From: a virus
Reading direction: 5' to 3' (one strand)
Length of the DNA stretch: 64,000 bases
Virus record (IMG/VR): IMGVR_UViG_3300010885_052266
Coordinates: 36,880-100,879 of that record
Shown: positions 24,903 through 33,425 of the stretch, in pieces
Position numbering within the stretch: the stretch's first letter is position 1
Layout: every line of letters starts with the position of its first letter
Notes under the pieces: generated by a model
Seen by the model: the letters and a program-made list of their open reading frames with translations, nothing else
Told to the model about the DNA's origin: nothing
The model's database searches: none
Made by a program: the position numbers and the translations under genes

Positions 24903-27900
24903 ACACCAGCCCCTCCTCCGTCGCCCTCTCCGCCACCGCCACCACCGTTGTTGCCGCCTTGCGCGACCGCTGAAACGCCATCCGTCACGGTGCGCACATC
25001 GATGCGCACCTTGGCATTTGCCGGAACCACCAGGCTCACGCTGGCATAGGTGACCCAGGACGCCGTCGGGGTGGTCGCCGTTCCCATGTAGTCCGTATCA
25101 GTTGCGGTGATGCTCTGCGTCTGGATCTCCGAAGTCCCAACCGCAAGATTGTCGATTTGCGCGCTCTTGATGACTGCCGTGCCGATCTGGGCGCTGTTTG
25201 CCAGGATGAAGTTGGCCGCGAGATGGGTTGCCGAGATCGCGGCGGCGCTGATCTCTGTCGCCCGAACGGCACCGGCCGCGATCTTGCCGAACGTCACCGC
25301 GTTGGCGGCGATTTCGCCCGCCGTGATCGACAAGGCAGCGATCTTGCCGGCGGTGATGGCACCAGCCGCAATCTCCGAAGCCGTGATAGCGCCGGCCGCA
25401 ATCTTGGCCGTGGTAATGGCCCCGGCGTTGATCTCGGCCGTGGTGACCGCGTTGGCCGCGATTTCGTTGGCCGTGACAGCGTCCGCCGCGATCTTGGCGG
25501 TGGTGATGGAGCCGGCGCTGATCGCCGTGGCCGTGACAGCGTTGGCCGCGATCTCGCCTGCCGTGATGGACCCGGCGGCGATCTTGGCGGTGGTGATCGA
25601 TCCGGCTGCCAGCTCGGCGGCCGTGATCGACAGGGCGGCGATCTTGCCAGCCGTCACCGACCCGGCGGCCAACTCGTTGGCCGTGACCGCGCCGGCCGCC
25701 AGTTTAGCGGTGGTGATGGCCCCTGCGGCTATTTCGCCTGCCGTGATAGCGCCGGCGGCGATTTTGGCGGTGATGATCGATCCCGCTGCCAGCTCGGTGG
25801 CCGTGATCGATAGTGCGGCGATCTTGCCGGCCGTGACCGATCCGGCGGCCAACTCGTTGGCCGTGACCGCGCCGGCCGCCAGTTTAGCGGTGGTGATGGC
25901 CCCTGCGGCTATTTCGCCTGCGGTGATGGCGCCGGCAACGATTTTGGCGGTGGTGATCGATCCGGCTGCCAGCTCGGTGGCCGTGATCGAAAGGGCGGAG
26001 ATCTTGCCGGCTGTGATCGCCCCGGCCGCTATTTCGTTGGCGGTGACCGCGCCGGCTGCCAGTTTGGCGGTGGTGATGGCCCCAGCCGCGATCTCACCCG
26101 CCGTGACGGAATTGGCCGCCAGTTTTGCCGTGGTGATCGATCCGGCTGCCAGCTCGGCGGCCGTGATCGAAAGGGCGGCGATCTTGCCGGCTGTGATCGC
26201 CCCGGCCGCTATTTCGTTGGCCGTGACCGCGCCGACTGCCAGTTTGGCAGTAGAGATCGAGTTGTCCGTGATCTGGGTTGAAGTTATCTGCCCGGTGATC
26301 TTGGTCGCGGCTATTGCTGCGATCTGGGCATTGCTGATCTGGCCGGATATTTTCGCCGCCGCGAGGTCCGCAATCTGCGCGTCGGTGAGCTGCCCGGTGA
26401 TCTTGGTAGAAGCGATCGCGGCCAACTGTGCGTCGGTGAGCTGCCCCGAGACCTTTGCCGCCGCGATTGCCTGGATCTGGGCATCGGTCAGTTGGCCGGT
26501 GATCTTGGTAGAAGCGATCGCGGCCAACTGTGCGTCGGTGAGCTGGCCAGATATCTTCGCCGCGGCGAGGTCGGCGATCTGGGCGTCGGTCAGTTGCCCA
26601 GTGATCTTCGTCGCAGCGATCGCGGCCAGCTGCGCGTCGGTGAGTTGCCCCGAGACTTTGGCGGCCGCGATCGCGGCCAACTGTGCGTCGGTGAGCTGGC
26701 CGGAAATCTTCGCCGCGGCGAGGTCGGCGATCTGGGCGTCGGTGAGCTGCCCGGTCACCTTCGACGCTGCCACACCCACGATCTGGGCGTTGTTGACCTG
26801 CCCCGTGATCTCGCCGAGGTTGATCAACTCGACCCATACCCCGGCTCGGTACTGGTAGAGCTTGTTGTCCACCGTGTTGAAGGAAACGGCGTCCTCGACT
26901 CCCGGCTCGGAAGTCCCCGTCATCAGCAAGACAGGCTTGATCGATGCAGCGAATTTCGCGGTGTTGATGATCCCGTCGGCCAGATCGTCGGTGATCAGCA
27001 GCGTCGTGGTGGCGGAAACCGGGCCGGCGAAGGCCCCGGCGACTACCGGGGTGCCAAGCGCGATCCCCCGGACCCAGTAGAACCAGGTGCTGTTCGGCAC
27101 GAGGACGGCGCTGTCCGCATCGAGGAACGTCGTGCTGCCCGACACGCCGATCTGGGTTGCTCCGACACCCGGGCCGTTCTGGCTGGAATTCCCACGCCAG
27201 ATTTCATACTGCAGGATGTCTCGCCGGTTCGTGACGGGCTGCCAGCGCAGCTGGACGCGGCGCGTGCCGCCGGTCGCGGAGAGACCCCCGGGGGCGGCTG
27301 GGGGATCGACCTTGCCGTCTACCAGCAGCGCCGAGCTGGTCAGGGTCCAGGAGGAAGTCTTGCCGTCCCGCCCGATCGAGCGGACCCCGAACGTGAACGA
27401 GCCGCCGGCGGGCAGCGAGTCGATATCGAACGAGGACGAAACCGCGACGGTCCAAATCTGGTAGAAATTGCTGGCCGTGGCCATGACCTGGAAGCTCTCG
27501 ATGCGCGGATCGAGAGGGGCGCTCCAGGACACGGTGACGCGGATCACCTGGGTCACGCCGACGCCAGTCATGTAGTCCCGAGCCGTGACGTTGGTGGGTG
27601 GCGGCATAGCCGCGGTCAGCAGGGCCGGGAGGATCGAATAGTTCGGCTCGTCGAGCTTGAGGCCCAGCTCGATGTAACCGAACTTGCTCGGGTTGTGGCT
27701 GACAGCGGTGACCGAATAGATGCCCTTGGACTCTTCGCCAAGCGCGAGAACCTGAAACTGCCGGGGCGCGACCTGGGTGGACTGAACGATCCATTCAGCG
27801 TTCGGACTGGGCGTCAGAGCCAGGGCGCGATTCAGCTTCGCGATCGAGAAATCGGGGGTCGTGCCGGCGGAGACGAACGCATCAACCGGGACTGCGCTGT

Positions 27901-30900
27901 CGAGCGTGCCATCCGGCAGGACGACCGAAATCTTGTAGGTTTCGCCCGGGACGGTTTCGAACACCTTGTCAAGGTGCAGCTCGTGCGCGACCCGCACGCC
28001 GGCAACCTGGTGGACAAAGGCGGTCAAGCCGGTGTCGTCGATCTGCCACGCGGTCGAATAGACGGTCTGACCGCTGCCCGCGACCACGTCGAGCCGGGTC
28101 GTGACCGTCGTTTGAGACGCGAGCACGACCTTATGCGAGATACGCTGCCACTGGTCCCGCTTGGTCAGGTCAGCGTCGTAACTCGGTCTCGACGATCCGA
28201 AGAGTTGCAGACCGATGCCAGGAGATAGGCCAAAAATCAGTCCGGACAGTGCGAGGGCTTCCTCCACCACGGTGAATGTGCTGGTGGAGGACAGCCGGAC
28301 CGTGGTGCCGCTGAACGCGGCAGGAATCCAAACGTAGCACGACACGTAATAGGTGCCCGCTGGCAGCGAGACCGAGATATGTCCGGTGTCCGTCGACGCG
28401 CCGTTGCCGAACCCGTGGTTGAATACTGTTGCGGCCTGGAACAACGCGCCTGGCGGGCCTGCCACCGTCACCGTGTTCGGCGCGACCGGGATCAGCGTGG
28501 GCGTGCCCGAGTCCGCGATATAGTTGTTGCCCGACGGGACGGTGGTGCGCCGGAGCCGCCCGCCCATCCTGGCCCCGACATAGGCGGGGTCGGTGAGCTG
28601 GATGATGTCGCCGGGCCGGAGATCGATGTGATACGGGCCCGCCTTGTAGGACACGGTCTCGTCCTGGTACTGCCCGGTGTAGATCATCCAAAGGCCGAGC
28701 CGGTGCGCCGCGCCGCGGGTCGTGCAGCCCCAGGCGACGATGTCGGTCGAGACGACACCGCGCTTGGCGATGTCCAGCGCGTCCGACACCTGCTCATAGG
28801 CCGGGATGTATCGGTTTGCGCGATCGAGGTAGGCGATCCGGACCATATTGTGGCGGGTCTTGAGGCTGGTGCTTTCGTAGGCAAAATCACCGTTAATCAC
28901 GTTGGTCTGGTTAACCAGCTTGACCGGATCGGCCGGCATGTCGGCGGTGACGACGATCTGGCCAGATCCCCAATACGACATGCCCCGAAACGTCGAGACC
29001 ATCATCTGGATGAGCCTGTACGCATCGTCCTGGTTGGCGATCACCACGTTGACCGAGTAGCGCGGCTCCTGGCCGCCAAACCCATCCTGGACAAAACCAT
29101 CAGCGTATTGGGCGATGTTGTAGAGGTCGGCCCGGGTGCTTGAGAGGTAATTCTGCGGACAGGCTGCCCCGTATCGGGTGTTGGAGAGCATATCGAGCAG
29201 CACGAACGCCGCGTTGTCGCTGGGCCGCTGATGCATCGACACCAGGTCCCACACGCCGCCCGTCGTGCCGGGCCCGGAGTTCGCATAGGTCCGGGTCGAA
29301 GGCTCGTAGTTCAGCGGCACCTCGATCGTGCGGCCGTAGATTTCATAGGTCCTGGCTGGCAGGTTGGATCCGAACGTCTCCGCGTCCAGGGTCACCGCGA
29401 TATAGGCGCTGTCCGGATAGATCAGGCGGTGGTCGTTGATGATGTCCAGCAGATCGAAGTAGAGGTCGTTTTGCAGGTTGGTTGGATCAGCGCTGTCCGC
29501 GGTGACCCGGGTGAGCCGCACGTCCCAGGTATTCGCGCCATTATCCGATGGCAGGTCGAAGCGATGACTCCGCTGGTACGCCGACATACACTTGCCGCCG
29601 ACGATGTGGACATCGGCCGTCATCTTGTAGGAGCCGACCCATCCATTGCTGCCAGACTTGCTGGGACGGACTTCTACTTTGTAGTGCAACTCTGGCGCTG
29701 CGTCGATGTTCCCCGAACTCGTGTCGCGCTGATACATCGCGGGCAGCCGGATCGTGACCCGTGCCGCGGTCGCCGTGATGCTGGTGAAGGTCTGCACCAC
29801 CGGGTCGGACTGCTGCACGCGGCGCCCGACCTGCACGGCGGTCTCCGATGCCGGAAAACCGGTAACGGGGTCCTGATCCGGCAGGCCGTACCGTATCTCC
29901 CAGGTCACGCCCTTGTAGTTGTAGGTTCCGTCCGATGCCTGAAGCGGCGTGTCGTTGAAGTAGATCGACTTCGCACCATCGGTCAGCCCGCCGATCGGCC
30001 CTTCCGACAGGAAATCAATGATTCGGACGATGGCCTTGCTGCGGAGCGTATTGGGCGCTTCCGTGCCGCCACCACCGCCACCGCCACCCTTGCCCCCGCC
30101 GCCGCCTGCGCCGCTTTCGCCACCGCTGCGGTCGTCCGCTCCCACGGTAACCGTGCCTTGGCCATCGCTGACCTGCCCGGTCGTGCCGATCGACTCGGTC
30201 TGACCACCGTCTAGCGTGGTGCCTCCGTAGGCTGACACCTCGTATCCGGAACCACTCGGGTCTGGCTGGGTCAGGGACTGGCCCGGCGAGAAATCCTCGG
30301 CAGAGTAGCCCAGGCTGCCCACGACGGACCCGACCCGCATTCGGCCGTACACGACCGGCATCGGGCCGCCCTGATAAGCGACATTGGTCAGGCCGCTTAT
30401 CAGGAACGAGTTGGTGGCCTGCGCCGTCTGGGCCGCTTTGGGCTGCGGCGAGAGGAGTTGGGTGATGCCGGTCAGCATCAGCGCCCCGCCGAACAGCGCC
30501 AAGTTGCCGATCGTGAAGCTGCCGATCAGCGAGGCCCCGAAACCCCCTCCGACGACGCCCATGCCGAATTCGGCACCGCCGACGATCGCAGCCTCGGCAA
30601 TAGCCGACGCGCCAAAGGTCGGGATTGCCATAATGACCGAGGCAATGACAAGCACCGCACCCAGGATCGTCTTTCCGCCACCACTGTTTTTCGCACCGGC
30701 TGCCACCGGCACGATGTGCAACTCGCTGCCCGGCACGACCCGCAGGCCGAGGCCGGAGACCGGCAGATCAACCCCGGACCGGAACTTGCCACGCCTGACC
30801 CGGTACTGGCCCTTCTCCAGCTCGGCACGAAAGTCCGGGACCAGTTTGGTCAGCGCGTAGACTGCCCCGGAAGCCGAGCCCGCGCCGATATTGAACTCCG

Positions 30901-30976
30901 CCCCGAATTTTCGGCGGAGCCGGCCATGCAGGACGACTCGGACCGTTGCAGGAGCGGCGGCGAGGCGGTTACTCAT
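24899..30976 (-). CDS. Fused tail assembly protein I + host-specificity/tail-tip protein J
   Basis: N-term VVLHGRLRRKFG...LHIVPVAAG...PVVYGRMRVGS (lambda I); IIDFLSEGPIGGL, YPDSAYI, EPRYS, AWGCTTRGAAHRLG, FN3 domains (lambda J). Confidence 0.88.
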   Translation of the reverse strand: MSNRLAAAPATVRVVLHGRLRRKFGAEFNIGAGSASGAVYALTKLVPDFRAELEKGQYRVRRGKFRSGVDLPVSGLGLRVVPGSELHIVPVAAGAKNSGGGKTILGAVLVIASVIMAIPTFGASAIAEAAIVGGAEFGMGVVGGGFGASLIGSFTIGNLALFGGALMLTGITQLLSPQPKAAQTAQATNSFLISGLTNVAYQGGPMPVVYGRMRVGSVVGSLGYSAEDFSPGQSLTQPDPSGSGYEVSAYGGTTLDGGQTESIGTTGQVSDGQGTVTVGADDRSGGESGAGGGGGKGGGGGGGGTEAPNTLRSKAIVRIIDFLSEGPIGGLTDGAKSIYFNDTPLQASDGTYNYKGVTWEIRYGLPDQDPVTGFPASETAVQVGRRVQQSDPVVQTFTSITATAARVTIRLPAMYQRDTSSGNIDAAPELHYKVEVRPSKSGSNGWVGSYKMTADVHIVGGKCMSAYQRSHRFDLPSDNGANTWDVRLTRVTADSADPTNLQNDLYFDLLDIINDHRLIYPDSAYIAVTLDAETFGSNLPARTYEIYGRTIEVPLNYEPSTRTYANSGPGTTGGVWDLVSMHQRPSDNAAFVLLDMLSNTRYGAACPQNYLSSTRADLYNIAQYADGFVQDGFGGQEPRYSVNVVIANQDDAYRLIQMMVSTFRGMSYWGSGQIVVTADMPADPVKLVNQTNVINGDFAYESTSLKTRHNMVRIAYLDRANRYIPAYEQVSDALDIAKRGVVSTDIVAWGCTTRGAAHRLGLWMIYTGQYQDETVSYKAGPYHIDLRPGDIIQLTDPAYVGARMGGRLRRTTVPSGNNYIADSGTPTLIPVAPNTVTVAGPPGALFQAATVFNHGFGNGASTDTGHISVSLPAGTYYVSCYVWIPAAFSGTTVRLSSTSTFTVVEEALALSGLIFGLSPGIGLQLFGSSRPSYDADLTKRDQWQRISHKVVLASQTTVTTRLDVVAGSGQTVYSTAWQIDDTGLTAFVHQVAGVRVAHELHLDKVFETVPGETYKISVVLPDGTLDSAVPVDAFVSAGTTPDFSIAKLNRALALTPSPNAEWIVQSTQVAPRQFQVLALGEESKGIYSVTAVSHNPSKFGYIELGLKLDEPNYSILPALLTAAMPPPTNVTARDYMTGVGVTQVIRVTVSWSAPLDPRIESFQVMATASNFYQIWTVAVSSSFDIDSLPAGGSFTFGVRSIGRDGKTSSWTLTSSALLVDGKVDPPAAPGGLSATGGTRRVQLRWQPVTNRRDILQYEIWRGNSSQNGPGVGATQIGVSGSTTFLDADSAVLVPNSTWFYWVRGIALGTPVVAGAFAGPVSATTTLLITDDLADGIINTAKFAASIKPVLLMTGTSEPGVEDAVSFNTVDNKLYQYRAGVWVELINLGEITGQVNNAQIVGVAASKVTGQLTDAQIADLAAAKISGQLTDAQLAAIAAAKVSGQLTDAQLAAIAATKITGQLTDAQIADLAAAKISGQLTDAQLAAIASTKITGQLTDAQIQAIAAAKVSGQLTDAQLAAIASTKITGQLTDAQIADLAAAKISGQISNAQIAAIAATKITGQITSTQITDNSISTAKLAVGAVTANEIAAGAITAGKIAALSITAAELAAGSITTAKLAANSVTAGEIAAGAITTAKLAAGAVTANEIAAGAITAGKISALSITATELAAGSITTAKIVAGAITAGEIAAGAITTAKLAAGAVTANELAAGSVTAGKIAALSITATELAAGSIITAKIAAGAITAGEIAAGAITTAKLAAGAVTANELAAGSVTAGKIAALSITAAELAAGSITTAKIAAGSITAGEIAANAVTATAISAGSITTAKIAADAVTANEIAANAVTTAEINAGAITTAKIAAGAITASEIAAGAITAGKIAALSITAGEIAANAVTFGKIAAGAVRATEISAAAISATHLAANFILANSAQIGTAVIKSAQIDNLAVGTSEIQTQSITATDTDYMGTATTPTASWVTYASVSLVVPANAKVRIDVRTVTDGVSAVAQGGNNGGGGGGEGDGGGAGV
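25150..26810 (-). repeat. Coding tandem repeats in J: ~10-aa (ITAGEIAAGA/ITTAKLAAGA) and 17-aa (KISGQLTDAQLAAIAAA) units
   Basis: 30-bp and 51-bp periodicity in DNA and protein. Confidence 0.9.
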
Positions 30977-31707
30977 AGCGGAACCTCATAGCGGAACCAG
31001 TCGGTGACGTGGCCCAGCCAGCGCACCAGGGGTTCGCGCCGCGACAGGCGGTTCTCCAGGTGATGGAGGATCATCCCGCGCCCGTCGCAGATCGCGACAT
31101 GGTTCGGCTCGTTGTGCCGGATCTGCATCAGCACGACATCGCCGTCGCGGGGATCGTCCGATCTGCCGCCGATGCGCGTGAATCCGGCCGCGAGCAGGTT
31201 CCCCCGGTAGAGATCAGGCTTGCCGATCCAGCACCGGTCGGCCCGCGGGAACTCGGGCAGGATGATCTGACGTGTGAGCCGGTACCAGTCGCGCACCAGG
31301 GCCGCGCAATCGCCCCGCCCATCCGTCCCGCTCGGGCCATACCGGAAATCCCGACCCAGCAACGCAGGCGGTTCGAGTTGGTCGCCCCAGAAGTAGGGGA
31401 GAAGCGCTGCCTCGGCGTCGCAGGCCACGATCCCCCAGGGCACGTCCATGACGATCTGCTGCTGGATGTCGAATTCCGACGGCTCGACAGGCCCGTCGGG
31501 ATGCGAATGGATCAGGGCCAGCAACTCGCCGGCCTGCAGGAGCGGCTCGATCTGATCGTCGCAGCGGAAATACTCGCGCGGGCGTTTCGACCTGTTCTCC
31601 AGCGGCATGTAGCCGCCCGCCGTGATCGCGCCGCACGATTCGTTGGGATAGTCCCGGATCGCGTGTTCCCGCGCGGCCTGGGCAACATCGGGGGCCAGGA
31701 ATCTCAT
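30973..31707 (-). CDS. Tail assembly protein K (JAB/Mov34 + NlpC/P60)
   Basis: YPNESCG, HSHPDG..EPSEFD, DCAALVRDWY, PNHVAI, ILHH. Confidence 0.9.
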   Translation of the reverse strand: MRFLAPDVAQAAREHAIRDYPNESCGAITAGGYMPLENRSKRPREYFRCDDQIEPLLQAGELLALIHSHPDGPVEPSEFDIQQQIVMDVPWGIVACDAEAALLPYFWGDQLEPPALLGRDFRYGPSGTDGRGDCAALVRDWYRLTRQIILPEFPRADRCWIGKPDLYRGNLLAAGFTRIGGRSDDPRDGDVVLMQIRHNEPNHVAICDGRGMILHHLENRLSRREPLVRWLGHVTDWFRYEVPL

Positions 31708-32723
31708 CGGCCGATCGACAGGCCGGGGAAGGCGTTGAAGGGTAGCCGGGCGCCGGGACCGAACCGCGCCACGCAGCTGCTCTGCCGGAGCCCGCAAACA
31801 TCCAGGGAAGCTGTGCCGGTCGACGTGTCGTCGGCCTTGAAATAGGCGCCGCCACTGTACGGACACGTGCCCGGCACGAAACCGGCAATCCCGTCCACGT
31901 CCGTCACATACTGGCGATAGAGAAAGCTGCACGTGTCCCGGATCATGGTCCGGCGCGGCAGTTTGAGGCCTTGCTGATCCAGCGCGGCGGTCAGCTCCAG
32001 CTCCACGGAAACGCGGGTCTGCGCGGATTTTCTGTCCACGAAATAAATATCAGGCTCGAAGAACGCGGTGGGATCAGGCGTTTCGCCATCATCCAGGAAG
32101 CCCCGGAACGTCCTGATGCGCGTCACCTGGGCGCCGAGCAGGTCGTTATTCGCAATTACCAAAGCGCCGGCGAGACCGCTTATATTCGAAACACTCAGCT
32201 TGGGTCTCGGTATTTTCCCGGTTCCAGACCATTCGAACCCTTGCACGTCGATCGGCATGGGAATGTAGTCGTTTCCCCTGAAACGAACCGCCTTAGTGCC
32301 TATAAATGTCCAGGCGGCGCCGGATGCGGGAATAGCCGTCAGCGGGACGGTAAGGGTGATCTCCGTGGCCGAGATGTTGCCGCTCCCGTAAGGGTTGGCG
32401 ATCGTCACGGTCGTAACGGCGGATACCAGCGTCGGGGCATATACCTCGCCATCGCCGACGTCGACCACGATGCTATACGGGCGGCCCTCGACCAGCGGCA
32501 ACAGCTTGTCCAGGGTGACGACCGACGCTGTCCGCGTCCCGGTTGGCGCGAGCAGACCGGACGAGCGGAGATCGATGATCCCGGAGGTCCAGCGATAGAC
32601 CTCGCCCTGCTGGGTCGCGACCCCGTTCACCGTGAACAGCGGCGACGTGTCCAGCTCGAAGAGTTCGATGTAGCCGTCGGCTTCAAGCTGCTGCGCCGCG
32701 GCCAGGACCGGATTGGCGGCCAT
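31704..32723 (-). CDS. Minor tail protein L
   Basis: IELFELD, FRGNDYIPMPI..GFE, PRPKLSVSNI, GAQVTRIRT, C-terminal Cys cluster. Confidence 0.88.
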   Translation of the reverse strand: MAANPVLAAAQQLEADGYIELFELDTSPLFTVNGVATQQGEVYRWTSGIIDLRSSGLLAPTGTRTASVVTLDKLLPLVEGRPYSIVVDVGDGEVYAPTLVSAVTTVTIANPYGSGNISATEITLTVPLTAIPASGAAWTFIGTKAVRFRGNDYIPMPIDVQGFEWSGTGKIPRPKLSVSNISGLAGALVIANNDLLGAQVTRIRTFRGFLDDGETPDPTAFFEPDIYFVDRKSAQTRVSVELELTAALDQQGLKLPRRTMIRDTCSFLYRQYVTDVDGIAGFVPGTCPYSGGAYFKADDTSTGTASLDVCGLRQSSCVARFGPGARLPFNAFPGLSIGR

Positions 32724-33004
32724 CAGGGCAGCTCAGGCAGATCAACGGTCTGCCCCCGAAGCGCGTGGGTGCAGTCGTCGAGGAATTGGATTTCCCCGGC
32801 GGTCAGGAAATAGTGACACCGCGTGGCGACCACCATGCTGGGCTTGAAGGTCGGCGCCTCGGCATTGTTGTCCCAGGTCCAGCGCGCGCCGGACGGGGCG
32901 GGCCGCGAGACGTGGAAGACGTGCATCTCTTCGCAGCCAGGGCACCAATGCGCGTATCCGCCCGCGACGCTGCGCAACACTGGACTGATTCTTGCCACCC
33001 GCAC
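32723..33004 (-). CDS. DUF6527-like Cys/His protein
   Basis: HWCPGCEEMH...WTWDNN.EAPTFKPS...CHYFLTAGEIQFLDDCTH. Confidence 0.7.
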   Translation of the reverse strand: MRVARISPVLRSVAGGYAHWCPGCEEMHVFHVSRPAPSGARWTWDNNAEAPTFKPSMVVATRCHYFLTAGEIQFLDDCTHALRGQTVDLPELP

Positions 33005-33075
33005 CTCGATCTGTTGATCGAGGCCGGGGTGCGGGGCGCCGGTTCCCGGGGCAAAAGCCTATTGCCGGGGGTCCG

Positions 33076-33423
33076 TCAGAAGACGGGGCGCTCCTCCAAG
33101 GAGATCATGAACGAGTCCTCGGTAGGCAGCGGATGCCCGCGCTGTGTTTTGAGCCACACCCAGGTGCGAGGGGCCTGTTCCCTGGGTAGCCGGAAATAGA
33201 ACGGCGTCCCGACATGCGTTTCGAGGAAGTCCGTGATCGCGTTCACCTCCTCGACCGTCATGAACTCCCAATAGAGACTCTGGGTCCGATCGTAGGGCCT
33301 TGCCCCATCTGGCGCCGACGTCTTGAATCCGTCGCCATAGGCTGACGTGAGCATCCTGGCCGTAACATCCTGCATGGTCCCGTTGGACGATGGCGCCCTG
33401 GGCACCGAGAGCGTATCGGTCAT
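33076..33423 (-). CDS. Minor tail protein M (distal tail)
   Basis: YGDGF...DG...ITDFLETHVGTPFYF; follows tape measure. Confidence 0.75.
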   Translation of the reverse strand: MTDTLSVPRAPSSNGTMQDVTARMLTSAYGDGFKTSAPDGARPYDRTQSLYWEFMTVEEVNAITDFLETHVGTPFYFRLPREQAPRTWVWLKTQRGHPLPTEDSFMISLEERPVF

Positions 33424-33425
33424 GA

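Noticed and set aside
25107-28228. Long + strand ORFs opposite J (583 and 578 aa)
   Set aside because: Antisense shadows of a repetitive GC-rich gene
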